The notes beneath the pieces are model-generated. The model did no database searches, was not told the origin of the DNA, and saw only the letters and a program-made list of their open reading frames with translations. From NCBI GenBank assembly GCA_013286285.1, contig JABDGA010000004.1, positions 1 to 59,430 on the forward strand: 59,430 nt of DNA, in the 5' to 3' direction. The position numbers were made by a program, and so were the translations under genes. Numbering within the stretch: position 1 is the first letter of the stretch; the number at the start of each line of letters is the position of its first letter. Positions 17,497 through 29,700 of this stretch are shown piece after piece. The DNA is from Alphaproteobacteria bacterium. GTDB taxonomy: Bacteria; Pseudomonadota; Alphaproteobacteria; Rickettsiales; JABCZZ01.

Positions 17497-19605
17497 ATGC
17501 GCACCATCTTACTGGGCACGGCTTTGCCTGTGCTGCTCTCTTCAACTGCTGTTTTTGCCGATGAAGATACCTGCGATTCAAACCCCCATATATCCTGCAT
17601 TGTCATCCATCCTGACAGAAGCCGGGATAGGCTGACGACCGAAACCGGCAGCAGCACTTACACCTTTACTAACCAAGCGTTACAGGATTTGCCTGAAGGC
17701 AATTTCACCCCGGTGAATGAAGCGCTGCTGCGCGCGCCGGGAGTAGCACAGGATTCCTATGGCCAGCTTCACATCCGCGGGGATCATGCCGACCTGCAAT
17801 ACCGTATTAACGGCATCATCCTGCCCGAAAGCATTACCGGATTCGGGCAGACGTTGGATACGCATTTTGCAGACAGGATGGAACTGCTGACCGGCGCATT
17901 GCCAGCACAATATGGCTACCACACGGCAGGCATTATCGACATCACCACCAAGACAGGAAGCCTGGGCAATGGCGGTAACACCAGCCTGATGGGCGGCAGT
18001 AACAACACACTGGAAGGCAACCAGACGCTGTACGGCAGTAGCGGGCAAGCCAACCTGTTCTTTACCGGCACCTATGGTCAGAACGATCGCGGCATAGAAT
18101 CCCCTACCAGCGCAGCCAGTCCCCTGCACGATCATACCGTGCAGGATAAGGAGTTCGGCTATGCTTCCTATGCCTTTAATCCGGATACCACGCTCAGCTT
18201 CATGGCCGGGAATGCCACTAACCGCTTTGAAATTCCCAATAACCCTAACCAGTCGCAGAATTTTGTGCTCAGTGGCGTATCGGTATTTCCTTCTTCGTCA
18301 CTGGATGAGCGCCAGTATGAGCATAATACCTACGGCATCGCGGCATTACAGGGAAATATAAACAATAATACCAGCTACCAACTCGCGGTATTCACGCGCG
18401 ACAGCACGGTATTGTTCAAGCCGGATGTGAGTGGCGATCTGATATTCAACGGCATCGCCTCGCGCGATTACCGCGAAAGCGTCAATAGTGGATTGCAAAA
18501 CGATTTCAGCTGGCATGCCAATCGGGACAATACGGTGCGCTTCGGGTGGACGGCGAGCTATGAACAGGCCACCAGCAACGCCAATTCGCTGGTGTTTCCC
18601 GCCGATGCGAGTGGCACGCAGTTGCCGGGAGCCGGTACGCCGTTTGCTATTGCCGATAATGCATACCAGATTGCCCGGCTGGCAGGGTTTTACCTGCAGG
18701 ATGAATGGAGCCCGCTGGATAAACTCACCCTTAATTACGGCGCGCGTTTGGACTATTATAGCGCCTATGTCAGTGAAACCGCGCTTAGCCCACGTATCGG
18801 CATGATCTACGAACTGACGCCAGAAACCAAGCTGCATGCGGGATATGCGCGTTATTTTACGCCACCGCCGACAGAATTGATTGCGCCGGTGACCATTGCG
18901 CAATTTGCCAATAGCACAGGGCAACTGCCTACCAGCACCTCTTCGCCTGTCGTACCGGAAAAGGATAATTATTTTGATGCAGGCATTACCCAGAAAATCG
19001 CGCCCGGATTGTCATTCGGCATGGATGCCTATTATAAACAGGCGCATGATTTGCTGGATGAAGGCCAGTTCGGCCAGGCGCTTATCTTCGCCCCGTTTAA
19101 CTATGAAAAAGGCTGGGTCAGAGGCATAGAGTTGACCACAGACTATAACCATGGCCCGGTGACTGCCTATGCCAATTTTGCCCTTTCCACGGCGATGGGC
19201 AAGCAGGTGGTATCCGGCCAGTATAATTTTGAGCAGGATGAGCTGGATTATATCCACTCCAACGCCGTGCATCTGGATCATGATCAACTGATTACCGGCT
19301 CAGCAGGCATAGAGTATCTGCTGCGCGGGATAAAATACAGCATGGATATCTTCTATGGCAGCGGCTTGCGCGATGGGTTCGCCAATACGGATCACCTGCC
19401 GTTTTATGCCCAGGTGAATGCAGGCGTCGCGCACCAGTTTGATTTAGGTCCTTCCGGCGGCGTGCTGGATACGAAATTATCCATTATCAACCTATTTGAT
19501 CGCGTCTATGAAATCCGTGACGGTTCCGGCATCGGTGTATTCGCGCCGCAATTCGGTCCACGGCGCGGCATCTATCTGGAAATCGGGAAATCGTTCAGCT
19601 GGTGA
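17497..19605 (+). CDS. TonB-dependent receptor
   Basis: Signal peptide; plug (APGVAQDSYGQLHIRGDH, TGALPAQYG); YLQDEW, SPRIG; GGAG RBS. Confidence 0.92.
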   Translation: MRTILLGTALPVLLSSTAVFADEDTCDSNPHISCIVIHPDRSRDRLTTETGSSTYTFTNQALQDLPEGNFTPVNEALLRAPGVAQDSYGQLHIRGDHADLQYRINGIILPESITGFGQTLDTHFADRMELLTGALPAQYGYHTAGIIDITTKTGSLGNGGNTSLMGGSNNTLEGNQTLYGSSGQANLFFTGTYGQNDRGIESPTSAASPLHDHTVQDKEFGYASYAFNPDTTLSFMAGNATNRFEIPNNPNQSQNFVLSGVSVFPSSSLDERQYEHNTYGIAALQGNINNNTSYQLAVFTRDSTVLFKPDVSGDLIFNGIASRDYRESVNSGLQNDFSWHANRDNTVRFGWTASYEQATSNANSLVFPADASGTQLPGAGTPFAIADNAYQIARLAGFYLQDEWSPLDKLTLNYGARLDYYSAYVSETALSPRIGMIYELTPETKLHAGYARYFTPPPTELIAPVTIAQFANSTGQLPTSTSSPVVPEKDNYFDAGITQKIAPGLSFGMDAYYKQAHDLLDEGQFGQALIFAPFNYEKGWVRGIELTTDYNHGPVTAYANFALSTAMGKQVVSGQYNFEQDELDYIHSNAVHLDHDQLITGSAGIEYLLRGIKYSMDIFYGSGLRDGFANTDHLPFYAQVNAGVAHQFDLGPSGGVLDTKLSIINLFDRVYEIRDGSGIGVFAPQFGPRRGIYLEIGKSFSW

Positions 19606-19684
19606 GTATTATACGTAATTGCAAACGTTTGTAGAATTCCCCTCTCCCCCTAAAGGGGGCGAGGAAAAATAAAGATGTTTATTT

Positions 19685-20854
19685 TTACGCCATACCATTT
19701 TTACGTTTCTTTATAAGCCACATGGAAATGCCGGTGAACGAAAACAGCAGCGGCATGAATCCCATAGCGAATACGAGCGCCTTCCATAACCAGCCGAATC
19801 CGTGGCCGGAATGCAGCGCATGTTGCCAAGTAATCAATTTTTCGCCTGCAGTGTAGGTAGAAGGATCGCGCACTTCTATGATTTGCTTTGCCCAGGGGTC
19901 AATAAATATGTTGGTGACAGGAGCGCCTTCACGGTCATCCGGGTGCAGCAGGCTAACCCGGTAAGGCTGCTCCGGTTTTGCCGGCAGCGTAACGGAAACC
20001 ATTTTGCTTCCGGCGAGAGTCCGCTGGGCAAGCCTAATCACCTCATCTACCGGCATGGAGACTTGCCCTTCCACCGGTTCGCTCTCTATAGCGGGAGGCG
20101 ATCGGAGATCGCGTACAGAGAAAGCCGCATCCATCGCTTGTGGAAATGCCAGATACACGCCACTGAAGCTGACGGTAATAAATACCGCCAGCCCCCATAT
20201 TCCGGTGACGCCATGCAGGTCACGGTGCAACCTGAAACCGCGTGTTCCCTGTTTAATAGTGAATGCCTGTTTCCAGTTGCCACGCCTCGGCCACCACAGG
20301 ATAAGGCCGCTGATGCCAAAGGCAAGCATGGCAACGCCAAACCATCCGACTATATTGCGTCCGCCGTAATCGCGCAGCATCAGATTGGCATGCAGGTCAT
20401 GTATCTGGTGTATGAATCCGCCGGAGCTATCCTTGGTAATAATAACAAGCGATACCGGATCGACGAGCATCTGTACCCTTGCCCCCTGCCCGCCGGAGGC
20501 AGGTTTTTTGCGGGATGTTTTAGAGAAATATACCGCAGCGGGTTCACCGGTATCGCCCGGATGGAACATGGAAGGCGAGAATCCATCCGGGGCGGCGGCA
20601 CGCGCAGCATCTATAATTTCCCCTGCAGAATGCACGTTACCGACAGCCATCACTGGATGCGGGGTGACGCTGTTTTCCAGTTCATGCTGAAAGACCAGAA
20701 TGCTGCCGGTAATGCCTAACATCACCAGCGGTATGCAGAGCGTAAGGCCGGCCCAAAGATGAATCCGGTGTAATATACGGCGCAACATCAGGCATCCCCC
20801 CAAGAGCGTAAGGCCGGCCCAAAGATGAATCCGGTGTAATATACGGCGCAACAT
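19685..20854 (-). CDS. PepSY-associated TM helix protein (PiuB-like), N-terminus duplicated
   Basis: HLWAGL, TGSILVF, HDLHANL, SGLILWWPR, DLHGVTG, LHSG; alternative start at 20788. Confidence 0.88.
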   Translation of the reverse strand: MLRRILHRIHLWAGLTLLGGCLMLRRILHRIHLWAGLTLCIPLVMLGITGSILVFQHELENSVTPHPVMAVGNVHSAGEIIDAARAAAPDGFSPSMFHPGDTGEPAAVYFSKTSRKKPASGGQGARVQMLVDPVSLVIITKDSSGGFIHQIHDLHANLMLRDYGGRNIVGWFGVAMLAFGISGLILWWPRRGNWKQAFTIKQGTRGFRLHRDLHGVTGIWGLAVFITVSFSGVYLAFPQAMDAAFSVRDLRSPPAIESEPVEGQVSMPVDEVIRLAQRTLAGSKMVSVTLPAKPEQPYRVSLLHPDDREGAPVTNIFIDPWAKQIIEVRDPSTYTAGEKLITWQHALHSGHGFGWLWKALVFAMGFMPLLFSFTGISMWLIKKRKNGMA

Positions 20855-20868
20855 CAGGCATCCCCCCA
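20737..20868. repeat. Exact 66-bp tandem duplication across the piuC/piuB junction
   Basis: 20737-20802 is identical to 20803-20868. Confidence 0.9.
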
Positions 20869-21534
20869 GCAGCGCAGCAGGTTATGGTAAAGGCCCGTAA
20901 GCTGCACGCCGGCTGCATGCTGCGGCAACTCGCGGGCAATAGACTGTATTGCCGTATCCAGATTGAACAGCAAGGAACGTTCCTCATCGCTCTTCACCAT
21001 ACTTTGCACCCAGAAAAATGCGGCCAGCCGCTCCCCGCGCGTAATAGCAGTCACATGATGAACGCTGCCTGCGGGATACAGGATCATGCTGCCTGCCGGA
21101 AGCTTTATGCCGTGACTGCCATAGGTATCTTCCACCACCAGTTCGCCGCCGTCATATTCATCCGGATTGCTTAAGAAAAGCGTTGCCGATACATCCGTAC
21201 GCACACGATGCGGCGTACCTTTCACCTGACGGATGGCATTGTCAATATGCGCCCCGAAGCCTTGTCCCTCACGGTAGCAATTAAATAGCGGCGGGAACAC
21301 CTTGAGCGGCAGGGCTGCCGACATGAAGAGCGGATTTTTCTCCAGCGCCGCCAGAATGATATCGCCTAGCCTCCGCGCCGCCGGGTGATCTTCGGGCAGT
21401 TGCAGGTTATGCTTCACCTGTGCTGACTGATAGCCCGCGGTAATGCGGCCATCCGCCCATTCCACCTGCCCCAGCACCTTTCTGCATTCGGCAATCTGCG
21501 CTGTGTTCAGCACTTCCGGAATCTGTAACAGCAT
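20854..21534 (-). CDS. piuC: Fe(II)/2-oxoglutarate dioxygenase PiuC/YbiX
   Basis: [35 protein letters not shown]. Confidence 0.92.
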   Translation of the reverse strand: MLLQIPEVLNTAQIAECRKVLGQVEWADGRITAGYQSAQVKHNLQLPEDHPAARRLGDIILAALEKNPLFMSAALPLKVFPPLFNCYREGQGFGAHIDNAIRQVKGTPHRVRTDVSATLFLSNPDEYDGGELVVEDTYGSHGIKLPAGSMILYPAGSVHHVTAITRGERLAAFFWVQSMVKSDEERSLLFNLDTAIQSIARELPQHAAGVQLTGLYHNLLRCWGDA

Positions 21535-21544
21535 CAGCGCTCCC

Positions 21545-23285
21545 CTAGAAATTAAAACTGGTGGTCAGCAAAGCAGTACGTCCTGCGCCCGGAATCACAT
21601 GCGCCGGATGAATCTGATCGTAATAGGCCGTATCCAGCAGGTTGGTGACATTGAGCTGCAGGTTGATTTTCTCGGTAAGCGGGTACTTGGCCATGACGTC
21701 AAACGTCACATAACCGGGCGCCACTTCCATTACGCCGCTGGTGGCGTTGGGAGTGGTGCTGGCATTGCGGCTGGATATGGCGTTCGCGCCGCCGCCGATC
21801 TCAAGCTTATTGGGGAACTCATAGCTATTCCAAAAACTGAATGTATGTTTCGGCGCATTGGCGACAGGATTACCCTGTTCCAGAGGGTTGGTGGATTTGA
21901 CAACCTCGCTGTCCATATAGGCATAGCCGGTGAATACCTGCCACCTGTCCGTTACATGGCCGGTAATGCCTGCCTCAAATCCCTGTACACGCTGATCGCC
22001 TCCCAGAATATTCAGCAATGCATTGTTGGGATCGGGAGTGCGCGCGTTGGTTTTCTCGTCACGGAATATAGCAAAACTGGTCGCCAGTTTTTTATTCAGC
22101 AATTCCCATTTCGTGCCGGCTTCATAGGAAATACTTTTTTCCGGCGGCAGGTTGGCCGTATTGGCGGCAAGCGCAAGCTGCTCGATGGAAGGGTTGAAAG
22201 AGGTGCCGCTGGCGATATAAAAACTGCCGATAGGCACGGGTTTATAGACTATGCCTCCACGCCAGCTCAGCATCTCGTCAGTGCGGGTGAAGTGTGTCGC
22301 GGGAGTGACAGTCTGACTATAGCTTGAGTCCACATGATCATAGCGTACTCCTCCAATCAGGTCCCACTGCGGGTTTATGGCCATCGTATCGAGCGTATAT
22401 CCCGCGATGGTATTGGCGCTGGCCGTCACCCGCGAGGTGATGGTTGGCGTGCCGCTGAACCACTGATCCTCGTTGGGATTGACAAGATTGGTGGTGGGCA
22501 CTCCGGCCCAGGTCGAACGCGTCGGATCGGATGTCTCGTGCGAAAGCTCGACGCCGCTTACCAACGTATGCTTGAACTGCCCGGTAGTAAACTTGCTGGT
22601 CAGATCCGTCTGGTTGTCGAAGAATTGCTCTGTGCTGGCTGCCGTAAGCTCATTGCGGGTGACGGTAAGGGCGGAAAGCGGCGTATTCACAGGCGGCAAT
22701 GTGCTAATCTTGGGTTCGGTGATACGGACATTGCGATCGTAATTGGCAATGCGGAGCTGGTCGCGCAACATAAAATTATCATTAAAATCATGCTCGATTT
22801 TCGCCGTTCCGATATCCACGGTGGTTTTCAGGTAATCGGTGTTACCATCCTTGAAGCCATAGAAATTCTTCGTATTGACTGCCGTCGGGCTGCCGTAAAA
22901 CCAGGGCACGCCGTAATCGGGAATATCATTTTCGGCCTGATGAAAATAACTGAAGGTATAGCGTGTCGGGCTGCCAACACCGATTTCTAGCGAAGGTGCA
23001 AAGCCGTAGCGGCTGTTATACGCGCCGTCGCGTCCGGCAACGTTGCCGTCATCCCCTATCGCGTTCAGGCGCAATATGATTCCGTCGCCTACTTTCTGAT
23101 TGGTATCGACCGTTACACGCTTGGTATTGTCCGTGCCAAACGCCAGCGTGCCGCGGTTAAAGTAATAGGTTTCCGGGTCGTTGCTGACCTGATTGACTAC
23201 GCCGCCGGTAGAGCCACGCCCAAAGAGCAGCGAGTCCGGCCCCTTTAACACTTCGACGCTTTCCAGATTGAAAGGATCGCGGTAA
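21545..23285 (-). pseudogene. 5'-truncated Fiu/PiuA-type TonB-dependent siderophore receptor
   Basis: Starts at YRDPFNLESVEVLKGP..GRGSTGGVVN; ends GAGRT..FNF; no signal peptide or start of plug. Confidence 0.8.
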
Positions 23286-23574
23286 GCCATGCCCGTGCGC
23301 TGCGCAATAGCGCTTCCAGCACTAATGCCGTGCCGACGCCGATGATAAGCATCGTGAGCGTGCCCAAAGACTGGTGCGGGATAATGCGATCGTAAATCTG
23401 CAGCATCATAACCGGCAGGGCCAGAGAGAGGATATTCATCATCAGCGCTATGCCAAGCTGCCATTTGGGCTGCAGCCGGAAGGCCTTTTTTTGCCAGTGC
23501 GCAGGCAGGCGCAGGCTGGGAGTGAGCCAGTCAAAGGAAAGGCGTGGGAATAATAATTCAGTCTGCATAACCAC
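23278..23574 (-). pseudogene. 3'-truncated type I secretion ABC transporter (N-terminal TM part)
   Basis: NILSLALPVMMLQIYDRIIPHQSLGTL..EALLRSAR typical of T1SS ABC permeases; breaks after ~98 codons. Confidence 0.8.
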
Positions 23575-23614
23575 TTACACAAATCATACTACCTAGGAGT
23601 GTAGACAAAAAACC

Positions 23615-23630
23615 TTAAAACTTGGTAAAC
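23615..23630. promoter_or_regulatory. Near-consensus CtrA site upstream of the T1SS ABC gene
   Basis: TTAA-N7-TAAAC (one mismatch). Confidence 0.4.
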
Positions 23631-23682
23631 ACCACACATTATATGTATAAGAACTGTTGCATATTTGTTACCCCATGCACTT

Positions 23683-23745
23683 GCTGCGAAAGCGCAGAAA
23701 ACGTGGTGTGCAGCAAGCAGGAGTAGAAAGCGTGAACAGGTTCTA
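23683..23745. repeat. Partial RPE-1-like element (family B)
   Basis: AGCGCAGAAAA..TGCAGCAAGC..GAGTAGAAA..ACAGGTTCTA aligns with 1212-1267. Confidence 0.7.
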
Positions 23746-26700
23746 ACTCGGGAATGCGTGCTGGTAGTCTACATGCACTGTAAAATCCTGGTGCGCGCTG
23801 GCGGAGGTTCCGTTGGATGATTCAAAACTATAGGCGGTAGCCGTCAAATGCATATCGCCGGTGAAACTGGTAGGAGGAGTAATAGAAAGCGCAGAAAGCT
23901 GGGCGGGCGTCAGCGTCCAGGTGTTATCGGCGTTGTGCACGCCGGCGGAGAGTATCGCCCCTGTCGGCATGCCGCTTACGACAACGCTTAATTGCTCGGT
24001 GCTATCAGTGAGTCCCGCAGATATGTTAAGCGTAATAGGCGCATTTTGTTGATCGCTTATATTGGCAGCGTTGATTGTCGGAGTAGCCGCCACCGCAGCC
24101 ATATGTATCGCCAGTGTCCCGTTCGTGCTGGCGGTAACCCCGTTCGCGCTCTCCTTCGAGGCAGCGGTAAGGCTGAGCGTCACGTCACCATGCCAGTTGG
24201 TGGCAGGCACGAATTTTACGTTATTAATCTGCGCGACATTCACGCTCCATGTGCCGTCGCCGTTATTGGTGGCATTGGTAAGGCTGGCTCCTGCCGGCAG
24301 GCCGGAAACGGTCACGGCGCTGATGCTTTCCGAACCATCCGTATCGGTAAGCGCCACACCGAAATTAAGCGCCAGCGGCGTATTCTCGGTGCCGCTCTGC
24401 GGCTGGTTGCTGATGAGGGGAGCATCCGCCACTGGCGTAACGCTGAAACTGGCCGTAGTTTGCTTGACGGCCTGATCGCCTTCGCGCTCCGTGGAGATGG
24501 CAGATATGGTCAAGCTGCCGGAACCGCTCCAGTTGGAGGCAGGCGTCATCGTAAGGCCGGTCAGGTCGGAACTGGTCAGGCTCCAGGTGCCATCGCCGTT
24601 ATTGATGCCGTGGTTAAGTGAGAAACCAGCCGGCATGCCGCTGATTTGGAAAGATAAGGTTTCCGAGCCATCCGTATCCGTCAATGCACTGGTAATGGTA
24701 ATGGGGATGCTGCCGCTGTCTTCATTAATGGGGCCGCCAGCACTTGCGGTAAGTGTAGGCATGTCGGCCACGCCCATCACATGCACCGCGGCGCTCGCCA
24801 AACTGATCGTAGCCAACGAAAGCAGTTTAGCTTGTGCGGTGATTGTGTAATCCACATCACTATTCGCCGGAGGAGTCATGTACAGGTTAGTGAGCTGCGC
24901 CTGGGTAAACTGCCATACACCGCCGCCGAGATTGGTGCCCTGGGAGAAAGTGGCGCCAGCAGGTACACCGGTAAACTGCACACTGGCAACTAATCCCAGA
25001 ATGCCGCTGATGGCAGGCAGGCCCAGAAGGCTAGGTGCATCGGAGATAAGGAAAGGAGTATCTTCCTTGACGAACATATTGGTGCCGAGAATGCCGCCGG
25101 AGGTAGGCAAAAGATCGATGTTTGTTCCTGCAACGACCTGCACGCCGACACCGATGCCGCCGATATGGGCATTGACGCCGATATCCACAAGATAGCCTGT
25201 TGACCAAGCACCTATGCGCGCGTTGAACGGCGTCGCAGCGCTCATGACCACATTGCCGTTGCTTTCATGCGCTACCGCATTGACGTAGAGATTGACCTGG
25301 CCGTTGAACTGAAGAGGGGATATGAGCGTAAGGCCGGAAAGCTGCGCCGGGGTCAACGTCCAGGTATTGTCACCGTTATTGATGCCTTGATTGAGCGCAA
25401 ACCCAGCAGGCACGCCCTGCACGAGGTAGGTCAGGGTTTGCGAACCGTCCGAATTGATCAGCGAGCCACCGAGCGTCAACGCTATGGGTGTTCCCCCCGT
25501 TCCAGTGACACTGCTGGCAGTGGCAGTCGGCGTGTTGGGCATGCCTATAACGGTTACGGGAATAGACGCAACGCTTGAAGCGCTGCCGCCTGCGGATTCC
25601 GTGCTGGTGCTCGTAACGGTCAGGGTAAAATTCGCATTGCTGTTAGCAGGCGGCGTGATGGTCAGACCGGAAAGCTGCGCCGGGGTAAGCGTCCAATTCC
25701 CTCCTCCATTATTGGTGCCGTGATTGAGTACGGCTCCGCTGGGAACGCCGCTAATCTTAATCGAAAGGGTTTCCGAACCATCCGTATCGGTAAGCGCAGA
25801 GGTAATGGAAAGCGGGATGGTCGTATTTTCATTGCCGCTGGCCGTCGATACGTACAAGGTCGGCTGATCCGCCACCGGTGCGACCACGACATTGAGCGCA
25901 ACGCCAGTCGAAGTAGAATTACCATCTCCTTCCTCCGTGGATATTGCCTTGACTGTCAGCGCCATCGTACCGCTGTAATTGGCAGGCGGCGTGATGGTCA
26001 AGCCGGAAAGCTGTGCCGGAGTGAGTGACCAGGTGCCATTCCCGGCATAGGTTCCTGCGGAGAGAGTAGCGCCGGTGGGCACTCCCGTGATATTAATGGA
26101 AAGGACTTCCGAACCATCCGTATCCGTCAATGCGGAAGTGAGGGATAGCGGAATGGCGGTATCCTCATTGCCGCTGGCATTCTGCACGGACAGTGTCGGC
26201 GTATCGGCTACTCCTATCACCGTTACCCCTAGCGTTGCGTTGGCGCTGGCGGTAGTCCCATTCTCTGAAGCAGTGGAGGTGACAGATAGATTAAAGCTGC
26301 CATTATAGTTAGCAGGCGGAGTGATAGTAAGTCCACTCAGTTGCGCTGGAGTAAGTGTCCAAGAGCCATTGCCGTTGTTGGTGCCATGGTTCAGTATAGA
26401 TCCGGTAGGGATACCAGTAATAGTAATACTTAGTGTCTCGCCAGGATCATTATCACTCAGCGCAGAGGTAATGGAAAGCGCTATGGGCGTATCTTCATTA
26501 CCACTGGCGGCCTGCACGGAAAGTGTCGGTGTATCCGCTACCCCAACAACGGTTACACCAAGCGTTGTGCTGGCGCTGGCCGTCGTGCCGTTCTCACTGG
26601 CGGTAGAGGTCACAGATAAGTTGAAACTGCCATTATAATTAGAAGCCGGAGTGATGGTAAGCCCACTCAATTGCGCCGGGGTCAACGTCCACGAACCGTT

Positions 26701-29700
26701 ACCGTTATTGATGCCGTGATTCAATACGGCCCCCGTAGGGACACCGGTGATGGTGAGGCTTAACGTTTCGCCCGGATCGTTATCGGAGAGCGCCGAAGTA
26801 ATGGAAAGCGTAATGGCGGTATCCTCATTACCGCTTGCAGCTTGCACGGAAAGCGTTGGTGTATCCGCGACTCCTGCAACCGCTACCCCAAGCGTAGCAT
26901 TCGTGTTCGCTGTGGTGCCGTTCTCACTGGTAGTGGCGGTTACCGATAAGTTGAAACTGCCGTTGTAGTTAGAAGGCGGAGTGATGGTTAACCCCGTCAG
27001 TTGCGCTGGGGTCAACGTCCAGCTGCCACCGCCATTATTCGTGCCGTGATTGAGGGTTGCGCCGGTGGGCACCCCAGTGATGGTAATGCTCAGGGATTCA
27101 CCACTGTCGTTATCAGAGAGGGAGGAGGTGATAGAAAGCGGGATGGCCGTATCCTCATTGCCGTTGGCAGCTTGAACGGAGAGTATAGGCGGATCCGCGA
27201 TTCCCGTTACGGTAAGCGCCAGGGTAGCATTGGCGCTGGCTGTCGTGCCATTCTCACTTGCCGTGGCGGTCACCGCCAGGCTTAGTGCACCGTTATAGTT
27301 GGCAGGCGGGGTAATGGTCAGGCCTGTAAGATCGGCAGGTGTAAAGGTCCAGGTTCCATTACCGTTGTTGGTGCCGTGGTTAAATATTGTTCCCGAAGGC
27401 ACATTGGCGATGGTGATGCTTAACGTTTCACCAGGATCATTATCACTCAGCGAGGAACTGATAGTGAGTGGGATCGCAGTATCCTCGTTGCCACTGGCAG
27501 CCTGCACCGAAAGTATCGGCGTGTCTGCGACTCCGGCAACGCTGACGCCTATGGTAGCATTGGCGCTGGCCGTCGTACCGTTCTCGCTGGCGGTAGAGGT
27601 CACGGATAAGTTAAAACTGCCGTTATAATTAGAAGCCGGTGTAATAGTAAGTCCACTCAATTGCGCCGGGGTAAGCGTCCAACTGCCGCCACCATTATTC
27701 GTACCGTGATTGAGCGTTGCGCCTGTAGGGACACCGGTAATCGTGATGCTTAAGGTCTCACCGGAGTCATTATCGGTAAGTGCAGAGCTGATGGATAACG
27801 CTATGGCCGTATCTTCATTGCCGCTGGCATTTTGTACCGAAAGTGAAGGCGTATCCGCCACTCCCACCACGGTTACCCCCAGTGTTGCATTGGCACTGGC
27901 GGTAGTATTGTTTTCACTGGAAGTGGCGGTAACAGACAGATTGAAGCTACCATTATAGTTGGCTGCCGGGGTGATGGTCAGGCCGGAAAGCTGCGCCGGA
28001 GCCAGCGTCCAGCTCCCTCCTCCGTTATTGGTGCCGTGATTGAGTACAGCTCCGCTGGGAACGCCGGTGATGGTAAGAGATAAGGTTTCCGAGCCATCGG
28101 TATCCGTCAATGCGGAAGTAATATTGAGTGAAATGGCCGTATCCTCATTGCCACTGGCAGACTGCACCGAAAGCGTCGGTGTATCGGCGACTCCGGCAAC
28201 CGCGACATTTAATGTAGCATTAGCGCTTGCGGTAGTGCTATTCTCACTGGAAGTAGCGGTGACGGAAAGAGTGAAGCTGCCGCTGTAATTCGCAGGCGGA
28301 GTAAGGGTCAGGCCGCTCAGTTGCGCCGGGGTAAGTGTCCAACTGCCGCCGCCATTGTTGGTGCCGTGGTTCAGGGTTGCTCCTGCCGGCACTCCGGTAA
28401 TGGTAATGCCAAGGGTTTCCGAGCCATCCGTATCCGTCAATGCGGAAGTGATGGCAAGTGGAATCGCCGTGTCTTCATTCCCGCTGGCGTTCTGTACCGA
28501 AAGCGTAGGGGTATCCGCTACTCCCGCAACCGTAACGCCTAAGGTGGCATTCGCACTGGCCGTCGTGCCGTTCTCCGAGGATGTCGCCGTGACGGATAGG
28601 TTGAAATTACCACTGTAATTGGACGGCGGTGTGATCGTGAGATTCGTAAGATTGGAAGGCGTAAAAGTCCATGAACCATTACCGTTGTTGGTGCCTGCTG
28701 AAAATGTGGCTCCTGCGGGGACACCGGTAATGGTAACGCTGAGCGTTTCGGATCCGTCTGTATCGGTCAGGGCGGCGTTAATGGTAACCGGAATGGCGGT
28801 GTCTTCATTCCCACTGGCCGCCTGCACCGAAAGCGTAGGGGGATCCGCCACGCCCGCCACTGCCAAAGAAAGTCCTGTATTGGTACTGGCCGTATGCCCG
28901 CCGTCAGTGGCAATGGCAGCTACGTCGATCGTCACATTGCCACTCCAGTTGGCAGGCGGCGTCAGCGTAAGATTGGTAAGCTGTGCCGGTGTCAGCGTCC
29001 ACGAGCCGTCACCATTATTGGTTCCTGCCGAGAGCGTGGCTCCGGATGGCATATTGGAAATGACGATACTCAGGCTTTCGCTGGCATCCGCGTTCACCAT
29101 AGCCGCGCTGACGGACAACGGTATGGTAGTATCTTCGTTGCCGCTTGCCGCCTGTACGGTCAGGGAGGGCGGCGAAACGACGCCATTGACCGCAATATCC
29201 AGGTTAGCCGATGTGCTGGCGGTGGTGCCGTTTTCACTCGCGGTAGCGGTAACCGCTAAGCTGAGGTTGCCACTGCCATGCAAGGGGGGAGTAAAGACAA
29301 GCCCGGTGAGATCGGATGGCGCAAGCGTCCACGAGCCATTCCCGTTATCGGTGCCATGATTAAACGAAGCACCCGCCGGAACATTGGCGATGGTGATACT
29401 GAGTGTTTCGCCGGGATCGTTATCCGTAAGCGCAGAGGTAATACTGAGGGCTATAGGGGTATCTTCGTTGCCACTGGCAGGCTGTACCGATAAAGAGGGA
29501 GCATCCGCAGCGGCGATAACAGTTACTCCGAGTGTGGTATTAGTGCTGGCCTGAGTGCCATTTTCGCTCGAAGTGGCGGTAACGGATATATTAAAGCTAC
29601 CGCTGTAATTCGCAGGCGGAGTAAGGGTCAGGCCGCTCAGTTGCGCCAGTGTCAGTGTCCAGTTGCCATTGCCGTTATCCGTACCCTGGTTAAGTGTCGC

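Noticed and set aside
23286-23464. N-terminal 59 aa of the 639-aa receptor ORF in the track
   Set aside because: Out-of-frame reading of the T1SS ABC fragment, not a signal peptide
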